Assembly: GCA_965226495.1 (NCBI GenBank)
Contig: OZ245365.1
Location: 704,001-768,000 of the forward strand
Reading direction: 5' to 3'
Length of the DNA: 64,000 bases
From: Candidatus Marinacidobacterales bacterium
GTDB lineage: Bacteria; Acidobacteriota; Vicinamibacteria; Marinacidobacterales; DATDRI01
The translations under genes and the position numbers were made by a program. Each line of letters starts with the position of its first letter. The stretch's first letter is position 1. Positions 20,801 through 30,890 of the stretch are shown here, in pieces. The notes beneath the pieces are model-generated. The model saw only the letters and a program-made list of their open reading frames with translations, had not been told where the DNA came from and made no database searches.

Positions 20801-21006
20801 ACGTCGAGCGCGTAGCCGTCGAGGATCGCGTCCTTGATGCGTGAGTTCACGACCGGATGGTCGGGGGTGAGTTGTCGCCATGGTTCGAGATCTTGGTGGA
20901 GCCAATCGGTGGGTAAGAGGAGATCGCCCCGCAACACCTCCCAAAAACAAAGCCAGGGCAGGGCGGCGAGGAGAGCCACCCCGAGGATCGTTTTTCGGTT
21001 CCCCAT
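17857..21006 (-). CDS. YfhO-family (GT-C-like) membrane protein, 1049 aa
   Basis: LWNPYAGGGVP, LLAGH, LYIGLLPL and SESFDPGWHARVDGK...ANLYFRAVPLPAGSHRVELFY motifs. Confidence 0.88.
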   Translation of the reverse strand: MGNRKTILGVALLAALPWLCFWEVLRGDLLLPTDWLHQDLEPWRQLTPDHPVVNSRIKDAILDGYALDVVSARAAKEGRIALWNPYAGGGVPHLAAGFSRMLYPPFWIYAVLDTELAHNIEILLHLFLAQLFAFIFLRRLGLSLTGSILGAIVYGFTPSITHRAEISFILPSLVWFPLLLTFVEDLVTTGRPRAYVGLAVAVAFQLLAGHYPDIFINFLGATIYGITRLISLSNFATSLRRASLAAGAVVLGASLAAPFLFPSLEFLSRANRAVLSATELAATGLGSQVFLTAFSPELQRSQLYIGLLPLIFVPAAFRRIPRGPSIALLATVVVGIGLATGSPLFTLLHSLVPGVERLRYLQTHVALASFGLALLAGIGFSVSLESRMRWERVLALLLLGLGVAAAATGWFSGRDDVLTVFRLPFGLALLGFALLAMELKVRQKIAATTFAAMVGAVILVDLFSYARAFNPRVDTDIYPPFPEFPAIEFLRNDPDTFRVATLLGNYHTPFWPNTLGAYQVQDVGAYHSLLPKNLGSYVDRIRRYARGSTGESLLEVKDASGNWAWLSSFRPTHLLRNWNIKYFALPAGWPNPDPVHLELVYDDEVRLFLYQSRMPRAWLAERAMVLPGERGINARLLDPKLRPERTVLLSTEPACYFPEPAGMRAEPADIDASPLAEIVEYRAEHIVVETRSAKPSYLVMSESFDPGWHARVDGKAATILEANLYFRAVPLPAGSHRVELFYLPASYTWGWRIFGLALLVVVLVIWLSRTQLSERSLTAVLVAASVGAPLIGLLGWRSAREVIDPEGCGQLRVAERFVPHTSAGSLRMGPLAVEAVDVTPDSEAAWPIDSSSNRIVRAFATARSSVVEARVAIDGMGTDPIPLADLRSARRSKRWSALEAPVPAEAKKLLLQVKPGTHGTVSWGNPLVFEPRARQPSKVCFVMPERTSDLTGLLSGGADDRLMILLTMRTAAIEDGYDEIHFASDRQDFSARMLSLARTLYRRGTFLVLDPAESDFVQRQRTLLERELKRLDLEDHVLVETCEHRENGS

Positions 21007-21099
21007 GTGGAGTCTACGCTAATGAAATGGCTGATTGAGGTCAACAGTTCGACAGGAGTGGTTGCCTTTGAATCAAGGAGACTTTATCCTGCCGGATTG

Positions 21100-22344
21100 A
21101 TGCTTTCGCCGCACTCACGCCGAGCGAGGTCGAGTCATTCCGTTAATCGATTCGCTATTTCGTGCATGCTCGCCAGCTCCATCATGTCGTGTATCGCAGA
21201 GAGGGAGCCCGACCCGACGGCCGAGGACGTTGCTGAGAACTTACAGTCCCTCTCCTACACCGCCTGGAGCCCGCTCGAGCACGCAGGTAGAGCCGGTGTC
21301 GTAGGCCATGACCGGAGCCGGGCTTATCCAGCTCTCAACCTTTTCAATTCTCTCCCCCGGGCCAGAGCGACACTCATGGACATGGAGGGGAAGACGCTGC
21401 ATGAGTGGTCCCTTGACGCCGCAAAAGAATGGGCACACGTCATGCTGCGGCCAAACGGTGATCTCCTGGTGCTTAGTGAAATCCCCCGGAAGCTCCTTCG
21501 ACTGGATTGGGAGTCCAACGTCATCTGGGAAGAGGAGATCGAGGCCCACCACGACATCGACATCGCCGACAACGGTGACCTTTATGTGTTGACCGGGAAG
21601 GATGAGCGGGTCGATCACGATGGAGTCGAAATCCCGATTAGAAACGAGTTCATCTTGATCCTGACGCCGGATGGGCGAAAGAAGCGTCGCCTTTCATTCT
21701 TACCTATTTTCCGACATCTCCTCGACTTCGACCAGATAAAAAGGTTCGTAGAAACGAACGGCGAGGTGGGCGAGGGGATGCGTTTCGAAGGGGATGCGGT
21801 CGACATTTTTCATGTCAATACTCTCTCCATCATCGACCGGACACACAACGATTTTCTCCGGAAGGGCTTCGTATTGGTAGCCGCCCGGAGCCTCAACCGG
21901 GTCGCGGTCATAGATCTGGAGGCAGAAGAGCTCGTTTGGAGCTGGGGAGAGAACGATCTCGACTGGCCTCACCAGCCCGTGCTCCTAGGGAACGGGAACC
22001 TACTCATCTTCGACAACGGGACCCACCGCAAATACTCCCGGGTGATCGAGCTCGATCCGACGACGGCCGAGATCGTCTGGGAGTACAAGGGCGATCCGCC
22101 GAAGTCTTTTTACACCGCGTTGAGGGGAGGCATCCAGAAGTTAACCAACGGAAACATCCTGGTCACTGAATCACGTCGGGGTCGTGCTTTCGAAATCACG
22201 CACGAGGGAATGATCGTTTGGGATTTCTACAACCCGGATATCTATGAAAGGCCGAAAAGGCGGAGCAAGAGAGCTACTATCTATTGCATGACCAGAATCG
22301 CGCCCGATTTTCTGAACCCCCGTTTGTGGGCCCAGGTTCAGTGA
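21100..22344 (+). CDS. Arylsulfotransferase (ASST) family beta-propeller lipoprotein #1
   Basis: AHHDID, DIFHVNTL, AARSLN, WPHQP, LIFDNG..R.YSRVIELDP and NGNILVTES motifs. IMSC is a possible lipobox. Start uncertain (21100-21170). Confidence 0.85.
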   Translation: MLSPHSRRARSSHSVNRFAISCMLASSIMSCIAEREPDPTAEDVAENLQSLSYTAWSPLEHAGRAGVVGHDRSRAYPALNLFNSLPRARATLMDMEGKTLHEWSLDAAKEWAHVMLRPNGDLLVLSEIPRKLLRLDWESNVIWEEEIEAHHDIDIADNGDLYVLTGKDERVDHDGVEIPIRNEFILILTPDGRKKRRLSFLPIFRHLLDFDQIKRFVETNGEVGEGMRFEGDAVDIFHVNTLSIIDRTHNDFLRKGFVLVAARSLNRVAVIDLEAEELVWSWGENDLDWPHQPVLLGNGNLLIFDNGTHRKYSRVIELDPTTAEIVWEYKGDPPKSFYTALRGGIQKLTNGNILVTESRRGRAFEITHEGMIVWDFYNPDIYERPKRRSKRATIYCMTRIAPDFLNPRLWAQVQ

Positions 22345-22346
22345 GC

Positions 22347-23717
22347 ATGAACGTCCGGTTCCGCTGGGTTCTCTTGATGGCTCAAGTGTTCCTAGGATGC
22401 GCCGGGCATCCTCCGGAAGCCCTAGAGGCTCCAAACGCTCCCGATGGCGTTCTGTTGATTGTGGTCGATGCCTTGCGTCCCGATCACCTCGGTGTGTACG
22501 GGTACGAGCGTGCGACCTCACCCCATCTAGACAAGTGGGCGGAGCAAGCGGCGGTGTTCGAGCGGGCCTTTACGACGTCACCTTGGACGCTACCCTCGTT
22601 CGGATCGATGTTGACCGGAGAATTGCCAGCTCGACATGCTGCCGGTAGCCGGGTGCGGGAGTCCAACTGGACTGTCTCCACCCGTTTGAACGACGCGCTC
22701 CCCACGCTACCTGAGACTCTCGCCGCGTCGGGGTTCGTTACTGGCGCGATCATCAACAATCCTTGGCTTCCTCGCGGTGTCGGATTGGAAAGAGGGTTCG
22801 ATACATACGACTACCAAAGTCCGGATGAACAGAATCATCGGCGCGCCGCAGAGGTCGTAGATCTCTCCTTGAAATGGATTGCGGAGAGCTCAGAGAGTCC
22901 ATTCTTTTTCATGATGCACATCTTGGATCCTCACATGACCTACGATGCGCCCGCACCCGTCCGTGGGCGTTTCACGTCTGGTATGCCCGGTGGGTTCGAG
23001 CTACCCGTGATCGAGCCGCGAAAGATTCGGAAGCGGGCGCAATCCATTGCAGACGGTGAACGCCAGTTCATCACCGCTGCCTATGACGAGGAAATTGCCT
23101 ACGTGGACCAAGAGCTCGGGCGTTTGTTCACGGCGCTCGAAGAAGTGGGTCTCTTCGAACGTTTGGTGATCGTTTTGACTTCCGACCACGGCGAAGAGCT
23201 TTTCGATCATGGAGACTTCGAGCATGGGCACGGAATGTATCAAGAGCTCCTGCGGATCCCGCTTCTGGTCTGGGGACCCGATGTGCTGCCCGGCCGGCAC
23301 ACCGCACCAGTCTCCTTGGTCGATCTGTACGACACGATCCTTGAGTCGGTCGGGGCGACTCCCACGGGGGGGACCGCGGGGCAGTCTCTCTGGCCGGCGG
23401 TCACGAAGGGCGATGCGATCCCCGAGCGGCCGATCCTGGCCGAAGCGACGCTCTACGGGCCGGAGCGCCGCGCCATCATCCGATGGCCGTTGAAGTTGAC
23501 ACTCGAGACGGGTGTCGGCCGCCGCCGGCTCTACAACCTCGAAACCGATCCCGGAGAGCAAGCCGATTTGGCGCCCGAGGAAGAGCGTGCGGTCGAGTAT
23601 TTGTCGAATGAGCTCCGTAGCACGATGCAGGCGGCACGACAGGGAGTTGAGGCGGAGGCACTGCCCTTGGACGAGGAGATGTTGAGGGAGCTGCGCTCAC
23701 TGGGCTATGTCAACTGA
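22347..23717 (+). CDS. Sulfatase-like lipoprotein #2, Thr-type
   Basis: Lipobox FLGC. Motifs VVDALRPDH, WTLPSF, HILDPH and TSDHGEE. Ends LRSLGYVN. Confidence 0.88.
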   Translation: MNVRFRWVLLMAQVFLGCAGHPPEALEAPNAPDGVLLIVVDALRPDHLGVYGYERATSPHLDKWAEQAAVFERAFTTSPWTLPSFGSMLTGELPARHAAGSRVRESNWTVSTRLNDALPTLPETLAASGFVTGAIINNPWLPRGVGLERGFDTYDYQSPDEQNHRRAAEVVDLSLKWIAESSESPFFFMMHILDPHMTYDAPAPVRGRFTSGMPGGFELPVIEPRKIRKRAQSIADGERQFITAAYDEEIAYVDQELGRLFTALEEVGLFERLVIVLTSDHGEELFDHGDFEHGHGMYQELLRIPLLVWGPDVLPGRHTAPVSLVDLYDTILESVGATPTGGTAGQSLWPAVTKGDAIPERPILAEATLYGPERRAIIRWPLKLTLETGVGRRRLYNLETDPGEQADLAPEEERAVEYLSNELRSTMQAARQGVEAEALPLDEEMLRELRSLGYVN

Positions 23718-23727
23718 CACCCTCGAG

Positions 23728-24924
23728 TTATTCATGCTCGGGAAGCAGACCCGGCTGAGAAAAATCCGCAGCTATTCTCGTCATGCGGTAGATCGAGGCC
23801 CTCTTGTCCCGAACTTCGTTCACGTCAGGGTTGTAGAATTCCCAAGCAACCTCTCCCTCGCGCGTGATCTCAAAAGCGTGGCCTTTCGTCGATTCGGTAA
23901 TCAAGATATTACCGTTCGGTAGCTCCTGAACTCCCCCCATCATTACCGAGAAGAAAGATTCGGGAGGCTCGGCCGTGTACTGCCAAACGATCTTGCCGGC
24001 CGATGGATTCAGTTCAATAACGCGAGAATACTGGCGGTGCGTGCCGTTGTCGAAAATCAAGATGTTCCCGTTCTCTAGAAGGACTGGTTGGTGGGGCCAA
24101 TCGAGGTCTCCCTCACCCCAAGTCCAAATGAGTTTTTCTCTTTCGACATCGAGCACGCCGATGAGATTCAGGCTTCGGGCTGCAAAGAGTACGAAGCCTT
24201 CTTGGAAGAATTCATTGACCGTACGGTCGATAATGGAAAGTGTGTTGATGTGAAAAACGTCGACGAAATCTCCTTCGAAACGGAACCCGTAGTCTATCTC
24301 GCCACCGGTTGCAATGAACTTTTGAAGTTTGTCCATGTCGAGGAGGTGGCTCAGCAGAGGGAGAAAGGAAATCGTGTGGGTGATTTGCCCTTCCGGCGAA
24401 AGAACGAGAATGCTGTGGTTCCGAACTGGAATATCTAGACCATTGTAGTTCGTATACTCCTCCGACGCGGACAGCACGTAGATCTCGCCTTCGTTGGAGA
24501 TGTCCATGTCGTGGTGAACGTAAACTTCCTGGGTCCACAACATGCTGGAATTCCAATCCAATCGAATTAGTTTGCGGGGCAGTTCGTTTAGCACCAGAAG
24601 GTCACCGTTCGGAAGCGGTTTCACGTGCTCCCACTTCTTGCCCGTGTCCAGCGACCAAGAATGCAGCTCCTTTCCGTCCATATCAATTAGGGCCGCTCGG
24701 GTCGCAACGAGAGAGTTGAACAGGTTGAGCCCAGGGTACGCGCGCTGGGGACGATGGACGACGACACCCTCCTTTTCCTTGTGCTCAATCGGACTCCACG
24801 ACGTGTAGGGAAGTGCCCTGAGCTTCCTTGCGCTCTCCTCGGGAGTCTCATCCTTGACCTTGGTCTCGATGCTGCAGGCGGCGTTCAGGCAGGCGACGCT
24901 CAAAAGGAGCAGAATCCGTTTCAT
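23728..24924 (-). CDS. Arylsulfotransferase (ASST) family lipoprotein #2, close paralog of #1
   Basis: Start ATG 24924, MKRILLLLSVACLNAAC. Motifs VHHDMD, DVFHINTL, AARSLN, WPHQP and LIFDNG. Confidence 0.87.
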   Translation of the reverse strand: MKRILLLLSVACLNAACSIETKVKDETPEESARKLRALPYTSWSPIEHKEKEGVVVHRPQRAYPGLNLFNSLVATRAALIDMDGKELHSWSLDTGKKWEHVKPLPNGDLLVLNELPRKLIRLDWNSSMLWTQEVYVHHDMDISNEGEIYVLSASEEYTNYNGLDIPVRNHSILVLSPEGQITHTISFLPLLSHLLDMDKLQKFIATGGEIDYGFRFEGDFVDVFHINTLSIIDRTVNEFFQEGFVLFAARSLNLIGVLDVEREKLIWTWGEGDLDWPHQPVLLENGNILIFDNGTHRQYSRVIELNPSAGKIVWQYTAEPPESFFSVMMGGVQELPNGNILITESTKGHAFEITREGEVAWEFYNPDVNEVRDKRASIYRMTRIAADFSQPGLLPEHE

Positions 24925-24938
24925 CGTTAAGCTGGCCT

Positions 24939-26405
24939 CTATTGGATGTAGCCCAGGGAGCGCAGCTCTTCCCGGACGCGCGGCGGAAGGTCGACGCTTT
25001 CTGCTCCTTCCGGCGTGGCGCGGACCGAAAATGCTTTCGATTCTCGTTGGAGCAAGGCCGACCTGAGTTCGTCGAACTTTTGGCGCGCTCCCGGGCTCAA
25101 AGTTCGTTCGTCTTTCCACTGGAGCGGCCTATGCTCACCGGGGTCGTTACCTAGATCGAACAAGAGCTCGGTCTCTGCGTCACGGTTCACGATGTACTTG
25201 AAGTGAGGGGTGCGCAGCGAGGTCCAGTCACCGCTCCGTCGCAAGCTCGAGATCGCCCCGGCGCGCTGGAGAGAAGCTTTACCCTTGAGGGTGTCTCCCA
25301 AGTTTCTGCCCCCGACGCCGTTCAACGGGTCGCCCGGTTCTTCGATGCCTGCGAAGGCAAGTAGAGTCGGCAGGATGTCGAGATGGCTCACCTGCTCCGA
25401 AATGCGGACTCCTGCTTGTACTTCTCCCGGTAGCCTTACGATCATCGGGATCTGGATAACTTCATCGAAAAGCGTGCGGTAGTGACCCTTGTCGCCATGC
25501 TCGAAGAACTCCACACCGTGGTCAGAAGTCACCACGATCAGCGTGTTCTCACGCAAGCCGTTGCGGTCCAGCGCGTCGATCAAATAGCCGATTTCGCGAT
25601 CGGTATAGAGGATCTCAGCATCGTACAGGGCGACTAAGTGGTCTAGGTCTCTCGGATCCATGTTGGCGTTGATTGCTTCGTTCTCTTGAAAGTACTCACC
25701 GGTCATCGTTCCCTGATAGTCAGCGTCGAATTTGCGCCAAAGCTCTTCGGGGGCCATGTAGTCGAAATGCACATCGAAGTAATGCAGGAAGAGAAAGAAA
25801 CGCTGATCGGACACTGTACCTAGAAACTCGATCGCCTTTTCGGTGATGAGGTGGCTGGTGACGATGCGGTGCGACATGAAATTCGTCTTCTTGACTTTGC
25901 TGTCGGTTCCTGGAATGGTGGGATCGAAATCCACCTCGTCGTAGACCGTCTTGCCCATCGCGCTCTCGTAGCTATCGAACCCGCGGCCGAAGCCGAAGAT
26001 GGGATGCAGGTAAGGCCCGCTGAACACACCGTAGGTGCGATAGCCTCGCTCGCTCAGGATTTGAGCAAGGGTCGAGTAGTCGGCGCTGAGCGTCGAGCCC
26101 GAGAAGTACTCGACACCGTGGGTCTGGGCTGGCAACCCGGTAAGCATCGTCATGTGCGTCGGCAAGGTCCAGGAGCTTTCCGCAATCACATTCTCGAAGA
26201 GCGTTCCTTCCTGAGCCAGGCGATCCAATGTGGGCGTCGTTTCTCTCGGATAGTCATAGGAGTGGACGTGATCGGCTCGCAATGAGTCGATCGAGATGAG
26301 AAGAATGTTGACCGGCTGTTGCTCCGGGCGCCCGGCGCAAGACACGGTGAGCCCGGTGAACGTGATGAGCCCGATCGCTAGAAAGCTTCTAGGAAATATC
26401 GTCAC
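24939..26405 (-). CDS. Sulfatase-like lipoprotein #3, Thr-type
   Basis: Signal ending TVSC. Motifs SIDSLRADH, WTLPTH, HYFDVH and TSDHG. Ends LRSLGYIQ. Confidence 0.88.
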   Translation of the reverse strand: MTIFPRSFLAIGLITFTGLTVSCAGRPEQQPVNILLISIDSLRADHVHSYDYPRETTPTLDRLAQEGTLFENVIAESSWTLPTHMTMLTGLPAQTHGVEYFSGSTLSADYSTLAQILSERGYRTYGVFSGPYLHPIFGFGRGFDSYESAMGKTVYDEVDFDPTIPGTDSKVKKTNFMSHRIVTSHLITEKAIEFLGTVSDQRFFLFLHYFDVHFDYMAPEELWRKFDADYQGTMTGEYFQENEAINANMDPRDLDHLVALYDAEILYTDREIGYLIDALDRNGLRENTLIVVTSDHGVEFFEHGDKGHYRTLFDEVIQIPMIVRLPGEVQAGVRISEQVSHLDILPTLLAFAGIEEPGDPLNGVGGRNLGDTLKGKASLQRAGAISSLRRSGDWTSLRTPHFKYIVNRDAETELLFDLGNDPGEHRPLQWKDERTLSPGARQKFDELRSALLQRESKAFSVRATPEGAESVDLPPRVREELRSLGYIQ

Positions 26406-27820
26406 TGCACATAACCAAGGGATTCGAGGCGTTCGATCTCCTCTGGAGAGAGGACGATGTTCGGGCCACTGACGGATTGTCGTTCAGAGAAACGTTCGAG
26501 CGCTTCCTGAAGCCTGGCGACTTCTACCGAGCGTTTCTGGCCATCCCAGAGATTCTCTCGTTCTTCGGGATCGTTTTCCAAGTTGTACAGCTCATATCGG
26601 CCGGTATCGAGGTTGTAGATGAGCTTGCGCTGCTCCCACTCCACCATGATCTTGCGATCCTTCGTCCCCCAGGCGAAGCTGCCCTCACTGAAGATCGGTC
26701 GCCCGCTACTGCCTTTCGCGGCGAGTACCAGCAGGTCCTCCCCTTGGAACGGGTTGGTGTCGACCTGGGCCAGTCGGGCAAAGGTGTGGGCCAGGCTGGC
26801 GGGCTCTACCGCCTCCGAGTAACGCCGTCCCTGGAGCTCACGATCGATGTCTCCCCATATGATCAGCGGGACGTGAACGAGCTCGTCATAGACGTCTCTC
26901 CCGTGGCCGAAACGGCCTCGCTCCATGAAGTACTCGCCGTGATCGGCGGTCAAGGCAGCGATCGTCGGTCGCCGCAACGGTAAGTTTCCAATAGCTCGGA
27001 AGAGGCGGCCGATGGACTCGTCTGTAAACGCGATCTCCTCGTCATACACCGCGGTGACCGTTGTCAGCGAGAAAGGATCGGGGACGGTGTCGTCCCCCAA
27101 GGCTTCGGCGGCTCTTCGGAGCTCGCCGGCGCGGAGGCGATCGGGTACCTGCTTCGGCGGGCCATGGGCGAAGCGAAACTCCGGATGACGCACATAGGTT
27201 AGATGGGGATCGAAATAGTGTACCCATAGGAAGAAGGGCTCTTTCGCTTTCCTGCGGAGATACTTCATCGCCGTCCTCGTCACCTCGGGCGAAGTGACCG
27301 CCTCGTGGCCCTGGACCAGTGTGTCGTCGAAGGTGGCGAAGCCTTGATCGAAGTTGTAGCGCCGACTGACGAAGGTGTGCGTTACCACGGCGGTGGTGTC
27401 GTAGCCAACGTCCTGGAGTGACTCCGCGAGGGTCGTCAACTCGTTTCTTAGAGGGAGCTGGGCGCCGGTTGCCCCGTGCTCTCGGGGATAAAGAGAGGTG
27501 TGGATCGACGCGATACTGGGAAGGGTCCATGGAGCCGACGAGATCGCGCGCTCGAAAAGGACTCCCGATGCCGCGAGGCGATCGATGCGGGGCGAGGACG
27601 GACGATAGTGACCGTAGCAGCTAAGATGATCGGCTCGCAGCGTATCGACGGTGACGAGAACGAGATTGGGTTGCGGCCTGGGCACGTCGTCGGGGCCACC
27701 GCGACCATCGGTACAGGCACCGGCAGCAGAGAGGAAGCCCGAAAGTGCTGCAACGAGCTGCAAGAGTTCCCGCCGGGAGAGGGAAGCTGAAAATGGAGGC
27801 TCGGGGTCGGGTGCGATCAT
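26402..27820 (-). CDS. Sulfatase-like Tat-lipoprotein #4, Thr-type
   Basis: Start ATG 27820. SRRELL twin-arginine signal ending AGAC. Motifs TVDTLRADH, WTLPSI, HYFDPH and TADHGE. Ends LESLGYVQ. Confidence 0.86.
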   Translation of the reverse strand: MIAPDPEPPFSASLSRRELLQLVAALSGFLSAAGACTDGRGGPDDVPRPQPNLVLVTVDTLRADHLSCYGHYRPSSPRIDRLAASGVLFERAISSAPWTLPSIASIHTSLYPREHGATGAQLPLRNELTTLAESLQDVGYDTTAVVTHTFVSRRYNFDQGFATFDDTLVQGHEAVTSPEVTRTAMKYLRRKAKEPFFLWVHYFDPHLTYVRHPEFRFAHGPPKQVPDRLRAGELRRAAEALGDDTVPDPFSLTTVTAVYDEEIAFTDESIGRLFRAIGNLPLRRPTIAALTADHGEYFMERGRFGHGRDVYDELVHVPLIIWGDIDRELQGRRYSEAVEPASLAHTFARLAQVDTNPFQGEDLLVLAAKGSSGRPIFSEGSFAWGTKDRKIMVEWEQRKLIYNLDTGRYELYNLENDPEERENLWDGQKRSVEVARLQEALERFSERQSVSGPNIVLSPEEIERLESLGYVQ

Positions 27821-27912
27821 GCTTCTTCGGTGTGATGTCGGTTTCTTGCGTCGTCTCCTACCGAGGAACCAGAATAGTCCGGGCCAGGATTGAAACGCAA
27901 GCCTTGCGGTCT

Positions 27913-30033
27913 TTACGGGTTCGGGCCGGTTTCCCTTCCACTTCTGGCGAGGAGCCGCTCCACGTGTTCTTTTTCTTCGCGAGCGCGTTCCATTTGTTCC
28001 CAGAAGATGGCTCGACGTTCGGGGCCGAGACGCTCGAGCCACTTCTGATTGGTGGCCTTGTCCCGATTGATCATTTCCGCGATTCGGCCCCAATGAGCCC
28101 AATCCTCGATGATGCGTTGATCAGTGGGGGCCATTCGGGCGGCCGAGAGAAGAACAAGCGCGACCGAGAGCCATGCACCGGGGCGCGTCCACTGGCGAGA
28201 GAGGAAAGCGAAGAGCGCCGCCGCTGCCATGCCGCAGGCTACCGCCGGAAGATAACCCAAACGGATGTAGTCGGGGTAACGGATGTTGAACAGAGGAATG
28301 ACGGTGACGATGAGCCAGAACGTCGCGAAAACGAAAAGCGATCTCTCTCGGGCCCGACCGCGGATTAATAGCATGAGCCCAACCGTCAAGAAAAATGCAC
28401 TGCCAGCGTACAAATACAGTAGAGACTCGGCGCCTAGAAACTCGAAATCATAGGACGGGTAATAGGTCGGGATGAACGCAAAGCTCAGCAGTCGCAGCAG
28501 AGAATGCCAAAACTGCATCAAGGACCCCTCGGAAGCGACGGTCTTGATGGTGACCGCACTCAGTTTCTCGTGGAAGAGCGCGACCCAACAGACGGCATAG
28601 ATGACACTCACCCCGACGAGGAGCACCAGCATCCGGAGACTCTTGCGAGTCAGGCGCCGACGGCAAGCGGCAAAACCGAGAGCCACCGCGGGAAACGTGA
28701 TGGCAACCTCCTTGGATGCGAGCGCTCCGGCGTAGCCAACTCCAATCGGGACGAGCCCCGATGTGCTGCCCGGACGCAAGTAGCGCGCCACCGCCATAAG
28801 GGCCAGGAGGAAGAACGTGGTGGCCAGGACGTCGGTGCGCTCGCTGATCCAAGCCAAACCCGTAGCGGCCATGGGATGAAGGGCGAAGAATGTCGCTCCG
28901 GCGAGCGCCCATTTCCATCGCACCCAGCGGGCTAGGAACCACGCAACCAAAGTGGAGTTCAGAATGTGGAGAAGGATGTTGGTCAGGTGGAAGCCTGGCG
29001 GGCGCAAGCCGTAGAGATGATAGTCGACCTGAAAGAGCGTCACGATGAGCGGGCGGTAATAGTCGTTCCCGATGCCGGTCCAATTCCAAGTGCCGTAAAA
29101 GGTGAAGAGCCACTCACCGAGCGTAATGGGGCGAGCAAAATCGAAATCGTCCCAGAAAAAACCGCTTTGCAGGGCCGGTGCATAGACGGTGAAGATACTT
29201 CCGGCCAGCGTCGTGGCGACCGCCCATCTCGGGAGCCTGCGTCCGCGCGCCGAAAGGCGAGAGGTCAGCAAGGGTGGCGCCACGATCAACCCGAGCACGA
29301 AAACACGGAGGAACGGGACACTCCATGCGGGGAGGGCGTCGAAAACGTAGGGCCTCGCCGAGTGGAGACCGATCCACATCGCTGCGGTCATGGCGGCAAG
29401 AGACCAGCAAAAACGGATCGGCGCCACGACGCGGGCCAAGCCGAGGATGAACCAACACACTCCGGCGACGGCCACCGCCAGCCCTATCCAGAGTAAGCGA
29501 TGAGTGGGGACCTCGAGCCGCACCGTTCTCAGCTGCAAGCCCAAGACCCTCCGATCGCCCGATGCTGCGTCGTGCGCCGACGGCTGAAAAGGTTCGCTGT
29601 CGAGAAGCAAATCTAGATGAGCGCCTTCTTCCGGTCCGGTCCCGATCTTTACCGTTTGCCAATCCGCCTCCATGTCTCGATTCCAAATCTCTCGCTCATC
29701 GGTCTCGATGACCAAGCGAGGGGGCGGGAAATTGGGCGGGCGCCATCCTCTGACATCGAGCTCTAGCCGCACGCCGCGAGAGCGATCGATGCCGCGAAAA
29801 TGGACGACGGCGCGGGGCCGACTCCATCGAAACCCGACCGTCCCATTCGTCTCTGAGGGGTAGAAGCCCTCATGACCCCAGAGGTCGTTCGGATGGAGGG
29901 TGACACTCGGTGTACCCGCCATCGTCCCGATCACTACGGCGGCGACCAGGAGAAAAGAGGCAGGAAGAGGGGATGTGACCAGTCGTGGCAAACGAAGCTT
30001 CCTCAGCGGCCTCTTAGCGTGCCCTTCCGGCAA
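27913..30033 (-). CDS. GT-C membrane glycosyltransferase (TMTC/PMT-like core) with N-terminal extracytoplasmic beta-rich domain
   Basis: [38 protein letters not shown] and SKE motifs. N-terminal GFYPSE..FRW domain. Start uncertain. Confidence 0.75.
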   Translation of the reverse strand: MPEGHAKRPLRKLRLPRLVTSPLPASFLLVAAVVIGTMAGTPSVTLHPNDLWGHEGFYPSETNGTVGFRWSRPRAVVHFRGIDRSRGVRLELDVRGWRPPNFPPPRLVIETDEREIWNRDMEADWQTVKIGTGPEEGAHLDLLLDSEPFQPSAHDAASGDRRVLGLQLRTVRLEVPTHRLLWIGLAVAVAGVCWFILGLARVVAPIRFCWSLAAMTAAMWIGLHSARPYVFDALPAWSVPFLRVFVLGLIVAPPLLTSRLSARGRRLPRWAVATTLAGSIFTVYAPALQSGFFWDDFDFARPITLGEWLFTFYGTWNWTGIGNDYYRPLIVTLFQVDYHLYGLRPPGFHLTNILLHILNSTLVAWFLARWVRWKWALAGATFFALHPMAATGLAWISERTDVLATTFFLLALMAVARYLRPGSTSGLVPIGVGYAGALASKEVAITFPAVALGFAACRRRLTRKSLRMLVLLVGVSVIYAVCWVALFHEKLSAVTIKTVASEGSLMQFWHSLLRLLSFAFIPTYYPSYDFEFLGAESLLYLYAGSAFFLTVGLMLLIRGRARERSLFVFATFWLIVTVIPLFNIRYPDYIRLGYLPAVACGMAAAALFAFLSRQWTRPGAWLSVALVLLSAARMAPTDQRIIEDWAHWGRIAEMINRDKATNQKWLERLGPERRAIFWEQMERAREEKEHVERLLARSGRETGPNP

Positions 30034-30082
30034 AGCGAAGTCAACAGTTGTTCAGAACTGCTAGGCCGTCGAGGCCGTGCGC

Positions 30083-30088
30083 TATACT
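30083..30088 (+). promoter_or_regulatory. Putative -10 box TATACT 10 nt before ATG 30099
   Basis: Sequence gcgcTATACTcgcccgtcgcATG. Confidence 0.45.
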
Positions 30089-30098
30089 CGCCCGTCGC

Positions 30099-30862
30099 AT
30101 GATGAAAGAGCTGGTCGCCATCCGATGGCTTGCTTGCGCCGCCGCCCTGGCGCTCTTTTTCGAGAGCGGCTGTGGGGAGGGTGAGCCTCCGAGCTCTTCG
30201 CGGTACTTTTTCGTGGACCACGCGGAAGAAGTAGGACGTGAGTTGCCGCTGCGTAAGGGGTTGCAGCTAGCGACGTCGATTACTATGGCGGACGAGACGC
30301 GCCGGAGCTTGGTGCCTCCGATCCCTTCCCGCCTCGCGTTCGATGTCGAGGTCCCGAACGATCCGGTGCTGCGATTCGGAATCGGCGTGTTCACGTTCGA
30401 CGCGCCCGGCCTGGGGGCAGCGGTGGAGTTCCATCTGTATCTCGACGCGGGTGGCAACCCGGAGGAAGTTTTCGCAGGCGTTGTGGGGCGAGCCCGGCCC
30501 AATCTTTGGTTCGACCAGGAAGTGGATCTATCGACATGGCAAGGCTCGAGCGTACGTTTGATCCTCGAAACGAAGCAAAGGGGATCGGGTGAGGCTTCGG
30601 GAGAGCGTCCAGCGCTTGCGCTTTGGGGCAATCCGGTTCTTTCGAGTCGGAGCGAACGTTCCGAGCGTCCGAACGTCATCCTGATATCCATCGACTGTCT
30701 GCGCTCCGATCATCTCGGGAGCTACGGTTACTCCCGGAACACGACCCCGAGTATCGATGCCTTGGCCGGGGACGGCGTTCTGTTCGAGACGGCGGTGAGC
30801 ACGTCGTCGTGGACGAGCTTTTGCGGGAGAGGTTGGAGGCACTCGGATACCTCGACAACTGA
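30099..30862 (+). pseudogene. Sulfatase-like lipoprotein #5 with large internal deletion
   Basis: Lipobox ESGC, accessory domain, then SIDCLRSDH...STSSWT. It joins directly, out of frame, to the terminal [17 protein letters not shown] at GTGGACG (30809-30815). The catalytic core is missing. Confidence 0.85.
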
Positions 30863-30890
30863 GTGTCGAGGGGTTCGCCTCCAGGTTGGC

